DNA of 52,497 nt from an uncultured Candidatus Saccharibacteria bacterium (GCA_964597925.1 CAZQZT010000004.1:1-52497); one strand, 5' to 3'; counted from the stretch's first letter, positions 18,438 through 28,689 are shown. The notes: a model not told the origin generated them from the sequence alone. Numbers and translations are program-made.

Positions 18438-20642
18438 TTATGCTTTAGGAGGAGTCTTGTCTGAGTTTTCTGGTGACAGTTTGGCTTTTTCAAAGCTAAA
18501 GCCAAAGGTACTGCCTTTGCCTTCTTCGCTTTTAAATATAACTGCACCGCCTTGGGCTATAATGACCTTTTTGGCCATGAAGAGGCCTAGACCGGTGCCG
18601 TCTGGTCGAGCTTTTTTGGCATTTCTGGCACGGTAGAATTTGGTAAACAAATGATGCTGTTCGCTCTTTGGCACACCGATACCATCGTCATGCACGATGT
18701 ATTCTACCGTCTTACCAGATTCCCTTAATTCTACTGTTATATGTCCACCAGTAAGCGTGTAATAGATGGCGTTGTCCATAAAATTCATGATAACCTGCCT
18801 TATTTTTGTCTCGTCCAGCATTAGGGTTGGAAATGATTCTGGCTTATCGAAGGTAAGTGTCAAGCCTCTGGACTTAGCCGTGTCCTGGAGCTGACTAACT
18901 TCACCCTTGATTACATCTGCTAAGTTGCTGGCAATAGGTTCTATTATAAATTTGCCCGTACGCAAACGTGAAACGTTTAAGAGGTCGGCTATAAGGTATA
19001 CCATACGCTGACTACTCACAAATGCCTGATTTAGCAGTTTATTTTGCATTTCATTCAGATCACCTGCGTCACCCTCCAGAACCATGCTCAAATAGCCCTT
19101 TACACTAGTTAGCGGTGTCCGAAGTTGGTGAGAAGCCATACTGATAAACTCATCCTTGGTTTCATCCAAAGTTTTCAATTTTTCATTAGTAACCCGTAGT
19201 TGTTTTGTAGCGTCATCAACTTTGTCCCGTAAAGTTATGTTAAATTTCTCAATTTCCTCAAACCTAAGAGCATTCTGTATTGCGATCACTAACTCGTTGG
19301 CGATGATTTCAATAATCCTTATATCCTGCCTATTATAAGGATTGCCACTTTTCTTTGAACCCAACAAAAGATATCCGATACCTTCTTTGCCAGACTCTAT
19401 ATTACTGGTCAGGCGTGCGATTATAGCAATATCGTTTTTTCTCAATGCGCTGATGAATTCTTTGTTATTAAGAGTTAACTCATCTGTAACGACAACCCTA
19501 GTTGGTAATTTGCTTAAATTTTCACTAAACTTTCGTACATCGTCTTCGCTGATCGCCTTATTTTGGCCTCCAATATTACGACTATTAGAGTACGAAGTTC
19601 TACGAATTGTAAAACTACAATAAGACACCTTTAAGTGTTCCTGGACTACCTGGGCACAACCTTTTAATAACGGCTCTAGGTCAATAGTACTTACAAGCAT
19701 ACTGTTAAATTTATCCAGAAATTGTTGAGGGTCATACGCATCACGAAAAAATAATATATTAGTAACTCTATCAAAGAATCTTCTCAGCGAACTGAATGTA
19801 ACTGCGAGCATGATAGCGAGTCCGAGGTAAATAAAGTCATAAGCTAAACTATCAACCTGTCCTTGGAGGAACAGTTTATCAACGAGAACAAAAGCAAGCA
19901 CTGCATACAACAAACTAAATATTCCAATAGAAAACAAATATCCTAAGGCTCGAGCTATGATCAAGCGGATATCAAAGAGTCGATGTTTGATTATTGTGTA
20001 ACCAATGTCGGCGACAAGAATCAGCGTAAATACAGGGCCAAAGCGAGAACTAGACCAATTGTTAATAATAAGCGGTAATAACACATTTGCACTAACAGCC
20101 AGCACACAGTACGCAGCAATGCCAAACGAAATCAATTTTACTTGTTGTTTCTCTTTTGCACCGACAGCCATCTGGTTTTGACGGATTAGGATATACGCCA
20201 TCAGAAATAACATGTATATTACAAATAGAAGAAATAGTGGATACAGGAATGCAACCGTAATCGCTTCTTCTCCCTCAACAGAACTTACCGCGCTAATAAA
20301 ATATTGAGAGAACACCACCGGTACTAGTAAAACCGTAAACAGTTTACCTGCCCTTATCAACTTACTTGATTTAAATACTTTTGTGTCAGTAAAATTTGCA
20401 ATGAAGTTAATAATCCCAAAAGCTGATAGTACCCCAGCTAGAAAAGTTAGCCTGGTATATAGCAGACTATTTGCAAGTGAATTATCAGATAGGTAGTTGA
20501 AGATTGTCCAGGATACTAATGCTAATGCTACGAATGCGAAATTTTGATTGTCGTGTTGCTTCGGATTTCGGGCATACACAACCAGACCTAGTAAAAACAT
20601 AGCCGATGAACACGTGATAACTATCATGAAATCTATAGACAT
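18438..20642 (-). CDS. Sensor histidine kinase with N-terminal 7TM-type membrane domain and GAF-like region
   Basis: Multi-TM N-terminus; H-box SHQLRTPL, N-box NFMDNAIYYT, DDGIG, GTGLGL. Confidence 0.92.
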   Translation of the reverse strand: MSIDFMIVITCSSAMFLLGLVVYARNPKQHDNQNFAFVALALVSWTIFNYLSDNSLANSLLYTRLTFLAGVLSAFGIINFIANFTDTKVFKSSKLIRAGKLFTVLLVPVVFSQYFISAVSSVEGEEAITVAFLYPLFLLFVIYMLFLMAYILIRQNQMAVGAKEKQQVKLISFGIAAYCVLAVSANVLLPLIINNWSSSRFGPVFTLILVADIGYTIIKHRLFDIRLIIARALGYLFSIGIFSLLYAVLAFVLVDKLFLQGQVDSLAYDFIYLGLAIMLAVTFSSLRRFFDRVTNILFFRDAYDPQQFLDKFNSMLVSTIDLEPLLKGCAQVVQEHLKVSYCSFTIRRTSYSNSRNIGGQNKAISEDDVRKFSENLSKLPTRVVVTDELTLNNKEFISALRKNDIAIIARLTSNIESGKEGIGYLLLGSKKSGNPYNRQDIRIIEIIANELVIAIQNALRFEEIEKFNITLRDKVDDATKQLRVTNEKLKTLDETKDEFISMASHQLRTPLTSVKGYLSMVLEGDAGDLNEMQNKLLNQAFVSSQRMVYLIADLLNVSRLRTGKFIIEPIASNLADVIKGEVSQLQDTAKSRGLTLTFDKPESFPTLMLDETKIRQVIMNFMDNAIYYTLTGGHITVELRESGKTVEYIVHDDGIGVPKSEQHHLFTKFYRARNAKKARPDGTGLGLFMAKKVIIAQGGAVIFKSEEGKGSTFGFSFEKAKLSPENSDKTPPKA

Positions 20643-20759
20643 ATCGATGTAGTCCGGTGATTCAGCCTCATTTAAGCATTTGCGTAATCACTTCCATAAT
20701 AGCAGATTTAACTCCTATAGTATCTAGTTGTTAGCTCTATACTGATATAGTATTTGTAA

Positions 20760-21647
20760 ATGATACCGACATATCCTGATCTTGCACGTATAGATATTAA
20801 GCACGCTCGAAAAATCCGTGCCTTCACTTCACAATTTAGGCCATATTCTGATTTTAATTTTGTGAGTATGTTTTGTTGGGACATAGCTAACAATGTGGAA
20901 ATTTCAATGCTCAATAATAACCTCGTTATTATCTTGCCCGATTATGTTAATGCAACACCAGTCGTTTCGATACTTGGCAAAAATAAAATGGATAGTTCGC
21001 TCGACACTCTCCTTGGAGACAATGCTCAACTGAAGCTGATCCCCAAAATTGTAGTGTCTAATATCAAACATCCTAAAAAATTTTCTATAGTCGAAGATAG
21101 GGACAACCATGACTACATATATTCATCTCAAAAACTTTATTATCTGAGTGGTGGTGCGCTTAAGAAAAAGCGCTATAAACTTAACAGTTTTAAAAAGGCA
21201 TACGAAGGCACAATAGTAACTAAGATGCACCGAAAACTCGATGCTAAACTAGCTGACTCGATGCTTAATCTATTTGGTCTCTGGGAAAAGGAGTCATCTC
21301 AATCTGATGAAGAGATAGCGCTTGAAAAAACCGCATTTAAGAACTTTATCAAGCATGTGACTCACTTCGATATCTTTATACTAACTGTTTACATTAACAA
21401 TATACTAGTGGCTTTTTCGATTATGGAGATTGTTGGCAAAAAATACGGGATAGTTCACTTCGAGAAGGCACTAAAAATTCACGAGCACCTATCAGTATTT
21501 GTAGCGAGTGAATCGGCGAAAGTTATGTTGTACCACGATGTTAACTACATCAACTGGGAGCAGGACTTGGGCATAGAGGGGCTAAGAAAGTCAAAAATTA
21601 GCTTTAAGCCAGATAAATTTCTTAAGAAGTACGTTATTAAAAAGTAA
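20760..21647 (+). CDS. DUF2156 / MprF-LPG synthase C-terminal-like GNAT protein
   Basis: SDFNF, HDYIY, VHFEKA, YINWEQDLGIEGLRKSK..F.P...LKKY. Confidence 0.85.
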   Translation: MIPTYPDLARIDIKHARKIRAFTSQFRPYSDFNFVSMFCWDIANNVEISMLNNNLVIILPDYVNATPVVSILGKNKMDSSLDTLLGDNAQLKLIPKIVVSNIKHPKKFSIVEDRDNHDYIYSSQKLYYLSGGALKKKRYKLNSFKKAYEGTIVTKMHRKLDAKLADSMLNLFGLWEKESSQSDEEIALEKTAFKNFIKHVTHFDIFILTVYINNILVAFSIMEIVGKKYGIVHFEKALKIHEHLSVFVASESAKVMLYHDVNYINWEQDLGIEGLRKSKISFKPDKFLKKYVIKK

Positions 21648-22428
21648 CGAGTGGCAACTTAATGCCCATGCTATTAAAGATTGATTCTGTTTGGCTACTG
21701 TATGGAATGAAAACCGGCAGGGTTTCTACACCTTGCTCTGCTTCAGGCGTTTCCATTTCTTCCTCGCCCATGAGTAATTCATATTCAACCCCATTTTGAC
21801 GAAAAGAACTGCGTTGACGACCGTTCAATGTTGCGAAGACTCCAACTATATTTTCGGTTTGTTGCTCTTCTAAGTAAGCTTGAACAATCGCAAGATAGAC
21901 TATCATAGCAGTGCCAAACCCCTTAAACTTTTCAGCTCTTTCTCCAATAATAAAATTGGTCTCAACAGATACACAATTGTCCACGTCTACACCTTGTGAC
22001 TGATAATACTGATAGAACTGTTCTTTAGAAAAATTTCCTTTTTCTATGAGCGCATCAATGATATAAAATCCTGTTTCTGGAACGTTTTCTTTAGTCGTTG
22101 GCCGATTAATCGTAGCGCCGTGGACTACCGATTGTGCACCAGGTCGAGTATCTACAAGCGCCATGAACTCCGTGGTTATTTCTTCTTCCGCTGTTACCTC
22201 TTTTACCTCAGGAAAAAAAGTTGCCTCATGATTGCGAATAATATTTGCAAATTTGTGCTCTGGTTTAACCACGACAGATACGATACCCGGCTCCATAACT
22301 TGTGTTTTGACTACCGCAACAAGCTCGTCTTGTAGCTCACCCAACTTTTCTAGTGATAAATCATAATTTGGTAGTACCGGTTCAGTGCCTTCATGGCCAC
22401 TAGGCTTCATTTCAGATTGTAACGTCAT
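21637..22428 (-). CDS. Hypothetical protein, possibly GNAT/LuxI-FeeM-like acyltransferase fold
   Basis: 263-aa ORF, last gene of the decarboxylase operon; fold guess rests only on spaced motifs (IRNHE..FF, FMALVD, SVETNF, VFATLN). Confidence 0.45.
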   Translation of the reverse strand: MTLQSEMKPSGHEGTEPVLPNYDLSLEKLGELQDELVAVVKTQVMEPGIVSVVVKPEHKFANIIRNHEATFFPEVKEVTAEEEITTEFMALVDTRPGAQSVVHGATINRPTTKENVPETGFYIIDALIEKGNFSKEQFYQYYQSQGVDVDNCVSVETNFIIGERAEKFKGFGTAMIVYLAIVQAYLEEQQTENIVGVFATLNGRQRSSFRQNGVEYELLMGEEEMETPEAEQGVETLPVFIPYSSQTESIFNSMGIKLPLVTF

Positions 22429-22441
22429 GGCAACTCGCTTG

Positions 22442-23158
22442 CTATTCTTGTTTAATTTTCTTCTTTGCCCAATTTATTACCCCTACTGACGCTGCTATGC
22501 CTACAACGATTGGCACCATTATCTTAGGGTTAGTTGGGTCAGTTAGGCCTTCGCTAATAATAACACCTTGGATCGCACAAGCACCTGCAAGTAATCCTGT
22601 AGCCTTCAGCGCGTGTTTTCTGTTCTCCTCTGGTTTCATCGAAGGATTCTCCCGTTTTTTGGCGTACATTAACGCTGGTACACCGGCATAGTTAGTTATT
22701 ACAGCTTCGGCTAACGGGGAAACTCTTTTATCTTTTGGAACAATTTTATCTACCGCTTTATCTAAAACTTTTAGCGTTTTACTCGTATCTCGTTCAAGCA
22801 CGTCACCCATTGCAAGTGCGCCACCGCCTTCTACTAACAGTGTTGTTCCAACAAGTACGCCAACGCTTAACGGTACGTTTCCAGTTGATTTAAGAGTAGC
22901 GGCAAAAGCACCATAGCGTATTGGACCATTGGTTAAGGGATTAACCTCGACTGCAATAGCTATACGACCCAATGCTCGTCTGCCGACACTTAGTGCTCGT
23001 TGAACTTTGCTTTGTTCAGCTCCCGCATATACTACTTCTTCTTTAGGCGGCTCAATAGATAATTCGGCTTGTTGATCAATAGGAGCTTGATCTTCGTCTA
23101 TAGGTAGGTTAAGTAATACATCCGGACCTGTTATTTCAATATGTGCAGCGTCTGTCAT
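22442..23158 (-). CDS. Hypothetical membrane protein
   Basis: Several hydrophobic segments; 5-bp and 13-bp gaps to its neighbours. Confidence 0.65.
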   Translation of the reverse strand: MTDAAHIEITGPDVLLNLPIDEDQAPIDQQAELSIEPPKEEVVYAGAEQSKVQRALSVGRRALGRIAIAVEVNPLTNGPIRYGAFAATLKSTGNVPLSVGVLVGTTLLVEGGGALAMGDVLERDTSKTLKVLDKAVDKIVPKDKRVSPLAEAVITNYAGVPALMYAKKRENPSMKPEENRKHALKATGLLAGACAIQGVIISEGLTDPTNPKIMVPIVVGIAASVGVINWAKKKIKQE

Positions 23159-23163
23159 TGTTT

Positions 23164-23673
23164 CTAATCCTGTACCTTATGCGCACCGTTTTCCCAGTCA
23201 CTAGCTTGATATACGGCAACCACCATAGCGCAGACAGGCTGATGTTTGCACGTCTTTCCAACGACTTTTGTCTTAATTTTTCCAAAATCGACATTACGCG
23301 TGGCCATGAGTGCTGTTAGGCTTTGTTCGATATCATTTTTTACGGCCTTTTCACTCTCTCCTTGATGTTCAACAAATAATCCCTTGCCCGTTGCCTTATC
23401 TTGAACCCATCCAATTCCAGCCCAAGCTTCTGCATTGGGCTGTACTTCACGTTGTTCGGCCATGACCACATATAGTCTATCACCCCATTCCCCGGGCATT
23501 GTACTAGGCGAAATTCCCTCTTTACCTTGATCGACAATAGTGGTTTTAGGTGGGATAACTGAGCTCAATCGAATTAAATTATAGTTTGCAATACCTGCAT
23601 GATTTAAGGCTGCATCAAAAGCAGACAATTTAGTTGGACCGGTACCGATTCCAGCTGTAACGTGTATATTCAT
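23164..23673 (-). CDS. Pyruvoyl-dependent arginine decarboxylase
   Basis: G.G.TKLSAFDAAL..AGIANYNLIRLSSVIP with Ser-Ser self-cleavage site; GLFVEH. Confidence 0.88.
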   Translation of the reverse strand: MNIHVTAGIGTGPTKLSAFDAALNHAGIANYNLIRLSSVIPPKTTIVDQGKEGISPSTMPGEWGDRLYVVMAEQREVQPNAEAWAGIGWVQDKATGKGLFVEHQGESEKAVKNDIEQSLTALMATRNVDFGKIKTKVVGKTCKHQPVCAMVVAVYQASDWENGAHKVQD

Positions 23674-23838
23674 ATCTCTCCAGCTTAAAGCGTATTAATT
23701 TAAAAATGACGCCTCAGATGCATTACTACAAATGTAATAATGAAAATGGGACGTCAACTAAATCTTCTAAAGTACGATATGAATTATAGAAAAAAAGAGT
23801 TATAATGTCAATAATATAATATAGTCACAAAATTGCAA

Positions 23839-24231
23839 ATGAGTAAAATTGCCGTTATAGAAGACGATAATCTGATCCGCGAAATGTACAAGTTGAAACT
23901 TGAACGTTCTGGGTATGAGGTTTGTCTTGCTGAAAATGGAGAAATAGGCTGGCAGATTGTTTCTGATGAGCGTCCGGACTTGATACTACTTGATTTGATG
24001 CTGCCCGAGATGAACGGTGACGTATTATTACAAAAATTGCGTGAAACAAAATGGGGAGCCGACATCCGTGTTGTAGTCTTAACTAATATCAGCAAAGATG
24101 AAGCACCAAGTTCATTGAGACTACTGAATGTTGAACGATATATCGTTAAAGCTCACCACACCCCTTCTCAGGTACTTGAAATAGTGAATGAAATATTAGG
24201 CAAAAAAGCAAGCCCTACCAGTCATAAATGA
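23839..24231 (+). CDS. Single-domain response regulator (receiver only)
   Basis: IEDD, LLDLMLP, LTN, IVKA. Confidence 0.92.
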   Translation: MSKIAVIEDDNLIREMYKLKLERSGYEVCLAENGEIGWQIVSDERPDLILLDLMLPEMNGDVLLQKLRETKWGADIRVVVLTNISKDEAPSSLRLLNVERYIVKAHHTPSQVLEIVNEILGKKASPTSHK

Positions 24232-24426
24232 TAATTTGATACGATACCACTTTCAAGCAATGCTACTTGTGCCGAATCCTGCAAAAAACCCGTTAGGCTT
24301 CGGCTATATTTTATAATATCTGAATCGATTATCTTTACTCGTTCATTTATTAACCCAATTATGATGTTTACCACCATAATCAGTTGCTGTGTATGCTATT
24401 TGAAGTTGTTAGCATAGAATGTACCT

Positions 24427-24807
24427 ATGGCTAAAATAGTATTGGTTGAAGATGATGTAATGTTGGCGGAAATATACCAAACACGACTGAAACTAGCTGG
24501 TCATGTTTGCCTAGTTGCAAATGACGGTATGACTGGTTTGTCGCTGATAGAGCATGAACTGCCAGAACTCGCCCTGCTAGATCTGATGCTTCCAAACATG
24601 TCTGGTGATAATATCTTGAGACATATGCGCGAAACTGAATGGGGTAAAAATATGAAAGCTATATTTCTTACCAACATCAGCGAATCAGAGGCGCCGGAAA
24701 ACCTGAAGGAACTCAACTTTGAACGCTACATCGTAAAAGCTAACCCTTCAAACAGCGAATTAGAGGATATTATTGCCGAAACGCTAGCGCAAGCGCCCCA
24801 AACGTAA
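24427..24807 (+). CDS. Single-domain response regulator (receiver only)
   Basis: VEDD, LLDLMLP, LTN, IVKA. Confidence 0.92.
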   Translation: MAKIVLVEDDVMLAEIYQTRLKLAGHVCLVANDGMTGLSLIEHELPELALLDLMLPNMSGDNILRHMRETEWGKNMKAIFLTNISESEAPENLKELNFERYIVKANPSNSELEDIIAETLAQAPQT

Positions 24808-24833
24808 TAGGATTAGACTAGAAAGTAACCAAT

Positions 24834-25202
24834 ATGATTAAAGTAGCAATAATCGAAGACGACCAAGCAATATCACAAATGTACCGCATTAAATTCGAGG
24901 CGGATGGGTACGATGTAGAAACAGCCGAGAATGGCAGACTTGGACTTGAGCTTATCGAGAAAATGCGCCCGGTCATAATATTACTAGACCTGATGATGCC
25001 AGAAATGACCGGTCATGAAATGCTTCAAAAAATGCGTAAAACAGATTGGGGCAAAGACATACTAGTTATCATCCTTACCAATATGGGTGAACAGGAAGCA
25101 CCCTCTATGCTCAAAGAGCTGGGCGTAAAACGCTTTATTTTAAAAGCTGAGATGACCCCTCGCCAGGTTGTCGAAATGGTCAAGTCTGAGTTGGCTTCCT
25201 AA
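24834..25202 (+). CDS. Single-domain response regulator (receiver only)
   Basis: IEDD, LLDLMMP, LTN, ILKA. Confidence 0.92.
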   Translation: MIKVAIIEDDQAISQMYRIKFEADGYDVETAENGRLGLELIEKMRPVIILLDLMMPEMTGHEMLQKMRKTDWGKDILVIILTNMGEQEAPSMLKELGVKRFILKAEMTPRQVVEMVKSELAS

Positions 25203-25219
25203 ACTGTTACAATAGCTTT

Positions 25220-26608
25220 ATGAAAATTGCTATTTTGGGGTTCGCTAGTCAAGGCCAAAGTTCCTACAATTACTGGAACACGGACAACGAAATTACCATT
25301 TGCGACAGAGATGAGTCTATAAAGGTTCCGGCAGGTAGTAGCAGTCAACTAGGCAAAGATTATTTAAAAGATTTGGATCGTTTTGAACGAGTAATTCGTA
25401 CACCTTTTCTCCACCCGCGGGATATTTTGGCTGCAAATCCTGAAAGTCCACAAATTTTGGATAAGGTTTGGTCTAATACCAATGAATTTCTCAAAGTCTG
25501 CCCTACTAAGAATATCATTGGCGTTACTGGAACGAAGGGAAAGGGTACAACTAGCACTCTTATAACAAAGATGCTGGAGGCCGCTGGCGAAAAAGTTCAT
25601 CTTGGCGGAAATATTGGCACCCCACCTCTTGATTTGCTAGTTGCCTCTAGTTATTCGCAAACTAATTCAGAAACAGACAAGTTGGCTGGAACTTACGGAG
25701 CGGGCGTAATGGCAACAGCGAATCAATCAGGCATACAACCCACTGACTGGGTAGTTTTAGAACTAGCCAACTTTCAACTTATTGATTTAAAACTTTCACC
25801 ACACATTGGGGTGTGTCTAATGGTAGAACCAGAACACCTAGATTGGCATGAAGATTATGACGAATATGTAAATGCTAAACAACAACTTTTCATCAATCAG
25901 ACAACTGACGACTTGGCGATTTATTATGCCAATAACGAAGATTCTCTCAGCGTGGCGGATGCATCCGAAGGCCGTCTCGTACCATACTTAAAAGCACCGG
26001 GCGCGGTTATAGAAAATGACATCGTCTGTATTGGCGGTAAAGAAATTTGTAAGACAAGTGAGCTGAAGCTATTGGGCAAACACAACTGGCAAAACGTCTG
26101 TGCTGCAGTCACGGCGGTGTGGCAAGTTACTCAAAACATTGAAGCTATTGCATCAGCTTTGACTACATTTTCTGGACTTGAACATCGTCTGGAGCTGATT
26201 CGAGAACTGGATGGTGTGAAATACTACGACGACTCATTTGGAACCACACCAAGTACCGCTCAGGTGGCTATTGAGGCATTTAGCGAACCGAAAGTAATTA
26301 TTTTAGGTGGCTCAAACAAAGGTGCAACATATGAGCATCTAGCAAAAACGGTTGCAAATAGTAATGTTAGGGCCGTTATATGCGTGGGCGTAACTGGTCC
26401 AGCTATCGCTGAAGCCTTAAAACACGCTAGTTATACAAATATATTCGAAGCTGGAAATACAATGCCAGAAATAATAGCTATTGCTAAAGCTCAAGCTAAA
26501 TCTGGAGATATTGTGCTTCTATCTACCGGTTGTGCTAGTTTTGATTTGTTTAAAAACTACAAGGATCGTGGTGAGCAGTTCAGGTCTGCTGTGCAAGAAC
26601 TTTCTTAA
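25220..26608 (+). CDS. murD: UDP-MurNAc-L-Ala:D-Glu ligase
   Basis: GVTGTKGKGTT, GGNIG, HLDWH, GLEHRLE, DDSFGT, ASFDLF.NY.DRG. Confidence 0.95.
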   Translation: MKIAILGFASQGQSSYNYWNTDNEITICDRDESIKVPAGSSSQLGKDYLKDLDRFERVIRTPFLHPRDILAANPESPQILDKVWSNTNEFLKVCPTKNIIGVTGTKGKGTTSTLITKMLEAAGEKVHLGGNIGTPPLDLLVASSYSQTNSETDKLAGTYGAGVMATANQSGIQPTDWVVLELANFQLIDLKLSPHIGVCLMVEPEHLDWHEDYDEYVNAKQQLFINQTTDDLAIYYANNEDSLSVADASEGRLVPYLKAPGAVIENDIVCIGGKEICKTSELKLLGKHNWQNVCAAVTAVWQVTQNIEAIASALTTFSGLEHRLELIRELDGVKYYDDSFGTTPSTAQVAIEAFSEPKVIILGGSNKGATYEHLAKTVANSNVRAVICVGVTGPAIAEALKHASYTNIFEAGNTMPEIIAIAKAQAKSGDIVLLSTGCASFDLFKNYKDRGEQFRSAVQELS

Positions 26609-27230
26609 GCTGTTCTATGACTGGCTGTTCGGGCTGAAGCACCGTGGCACGTCCTCTTGTTTCTTTGTTTATAATATCTTCAATCCAATGATAATGCGTA
26701 CAGCCTAGCACGATCACATCTGCCCCTTGTTCACACACTGCGTCTATTCGTTCATTTATATTCTGTCTGTCTAATTGATTATCTTCTATCATTTTTGCCC
26801 AGTCACTACAGTCCGGCTCCAAAACTTCAACTCCTTGGGCATAAGTTTCTTTTAGCGATCTGTACCTTTTACTAGCTAGGGTGGTTGGCGTGGCACAAAC
26901 AGCAATTATTTTTGATTTTGTTAATTCACAGGCGGGTTTCACCATTGGCTCCGTGGCAATTAGTGGAACGTCAATAATCTGGCGTAACTCTTCTATCAGC
27001 GTAGTAGATATAGTATTACAAGCAATGACAATAACTTCGCAGCCTTCATCCACCAAAGCTTCTAGGATCGGTACTACTAGTTTCTTTAACTGCTGTGGTG
27101 TTTTTGTTCCATAAGGTATGTTTTCATGATCTACCATATACAGTACCTCTGAGTCGGGTAATGCAATTTGTATAGCCTGAGTAACCGAAAGACCACCTAC
27201 ACCTGAATCAAAGACCCCAATTTTAGTCAT
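26580..27230 (-). CDS. murI: Glutamate racemase
   Basis: FDSGVGG, PYG.K, IACNT, LGCTHY; 3' end overlaps the convergent murD. Confidence 0.93.
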   Translation of the reverse strand: MTKIGVFDSGVGGLSVTQAIQIALPDSEVLYMVDHENIPYGTKTPQQLKKLVVPILEALVDEGCEVIVIACNTISTTLIEELRQIIDVPLIATEPMVKPACELTKSKIIAVCATPTTLASKRYRSLKETYAQGVEVLEPDCSDWAKMIEDNQLDRQNINERIDAVCEQGADVIVLGCTHYHWIEDIINKETRGRATVLQPEQPVIEQLKKVLAQQT

Positions 27231-28035
27231 CTACTATTGTTTCTCTCGCGGCCCGTATGACATTATCAAAAAGCGCACACACTGTTAGAGGACCAACTCC
27301 GCCCTTCTCTGGTGTGATTGTTATATCTGGCATTTCCCGTACTTCTGCAGCCACATCACCTACCAGGCCGTTTGTGTCTGTGGCTACCCCAGCGTCTACT
27401 AACACTACCTTTGGTTTGACCATATTTTTGGTGACAAGCCCCGCTATACCCGTAGCACTTACAATCACATCTGCCTGAAGCGTCAAGTCTGCCAAGTTTG
27501 TTGTATGTGTGTCTGCTACCGAAAACTCCAAGCCAGATGCCTTCCATCGTTGCGCCAATGGTTTGCCCACCAAACGCCCATGGCCAATTATCAGCAGATT
27601 TTTATTTCTAAGGTCTATGTTGTACCCAGCCAGCAACCAATCAATTGCCAGTGGTGTAGCTGGCTCCAACACTGCATGTATACCTAGGCCATCTACGTCT
27701 TTTTCTGGTGTAACATCGTTTAAAATCTCATCTGTTTGACTAACGTCCGATAGAGGAATCTGGACTATAATTCCATGTACTTCTGGGTCTTGGTTGAGGT
27801 TTTGGATAATTTCTTTGGCTTTGCCTTGGTCTACTGAAATCACTTCGACGTCTACTAAAATATCCGTGCCATAACTCTGTTTTAACTTCATATAGCTGTC
27901 TACCACTGGGTCGGGATTAGTTCTAACTATTGTCAGTTTAGGGACAATACCATGCTCTTGGCGCAAAGCCCGCACTTGCTTGGCTTGGCGTTCTTGTATG
28001 TACTCTGCCAGTTCGGCACCATTCAGTATCTTCAC
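27223..28035 (-). CDS. folD: Methylenetetrahydrofolate dehydrogenase/cyclohydrolase
   Basis: GIIVQIP, KDVDG, G.LVGKP, GGVGPLTV; GTG start. Confidence 0.95.
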   Translation of the reverse strand: MKILNGAELAEYIQERQAKQVRALRQEHGIVPKLTIVRTNPDPVVDSYMKLKQSYGTDILVDVEVISVDQGKAKEIIQNLNQDPEVHGIIVQIPLSDVSQTDEILNDVTPEKDVDGLGIHAVLEPATPLAIDWLLAGYNIDLRNKNLLIIGHGRLVGKPLAQRWKASGLEFSVADTHTTNLADLTLQADVIVSATGIAGLVTKNMVKPKVVLVDAGVATDTNGLVGDVAAEVREMPDITITPEKGGVGPLTVCALFDNVIRAARETIVDD

Positions 28036-28070
28036 TAAACCAGTATAACAGAGGCAGATTACATCTGTTT

Positions 28071-28116
28071 AAACATATGCGGGATTGGAGGGCCACAGTA
28101 ATCGCTATCGCAACTA
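28071..28116. repeat. tRNA-Lys 3'-end junction J0 (arm, TGGAGGGCC core, 22-bp arm)
   Basis: AAACATATGCGGGAT-TGGAGGGCC-ACAGTAATCGCTATCGCAACTA. Confidence 0.75.
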
Positions 28117-28152
28117 TTTTTCAGCTAGTTCATATCAGAAGTGCTGAATGAA

Positions 28153-28587
28153 TTATTGACCGTTGTGCATCATATGCATCATATCATTATCTGAATAGTT
28201 CCAGTTCTGTTGCCATTGCTTCATTTCCGCAATCTCTTTTTGTTGAGCTGTAATTATATCCTTGCTAAGTTGTTTTATTTCGTCGTGTTTAGCACGGGTG
28301 TCAGAAAGTTTAGCCATATCAATTGCACCTTGATGGTGGACTATCATCATTTCGATAAATGCTTTGTCATAATCGTCACCGTTCAATCCTTCAAGTTGTT
28401 TGTTCATGTCGGCCATAGACATTGTACTGTGGTCAGTTGAAGCTGGCTGTACGTTGTTAGTGTCTATGCCCATTATTTTCATGATTCCGGTGTGGTTGTT
28501 ATTAACAGATTGGCCTGCAACGAATCCTGCAATAACTAATCCTGCTAACAATCCGATTACTCCGTATAACAAAGATTCTTTTTTCAT
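28153..28587 (-). CDS. DUF305 (CopM-like, Met/His-rich) exported protein
   Basis: N-terminal TM; DKAFIEMMIVHHQGAIDMAK...AQQKEIAEM. Confidence 0.9.
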   Translation of the reverse strand: MKKESLLYGVIGLLAGLVIAGFVAGQSVNNNHTGIMKIMGIDTNNVQPASTDHSTMSMADMNKQLEGLNGDDYDKAFIEMMIVHHQGAIDMAKLSDTRAKHDEIKQLSKDIITAQQKEIAEMKQWQQNWNYSDNDMMHMMHNGQ

Positions 28588-28630
28588 ATCTCTATTATAA
28601 CAAAAAACAGAGACTTTAAGTCTCTGTTTT

Positions 28631-28675
28631 AAGCATGAGCGTACTGGAGGGCCATCGTAGATGCTGTAGCAACTA
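28631..28675. repeat. tRNA-Lys 3'-end junction J1
   Basis: AAGCATGAGCGTAC-TGGAGGGCC-ATCGTAGATGCTGTAGCAACTA. Confidence 0.8.
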
Positions 28676-28689
28676 AAATAAAATTTAAA

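Noticed and set aside
24231-24410. Roughly 50-codon minus-strand ORF between receivers 1 and 2
   Set aside because: No recognisable motif, SD or TM segment
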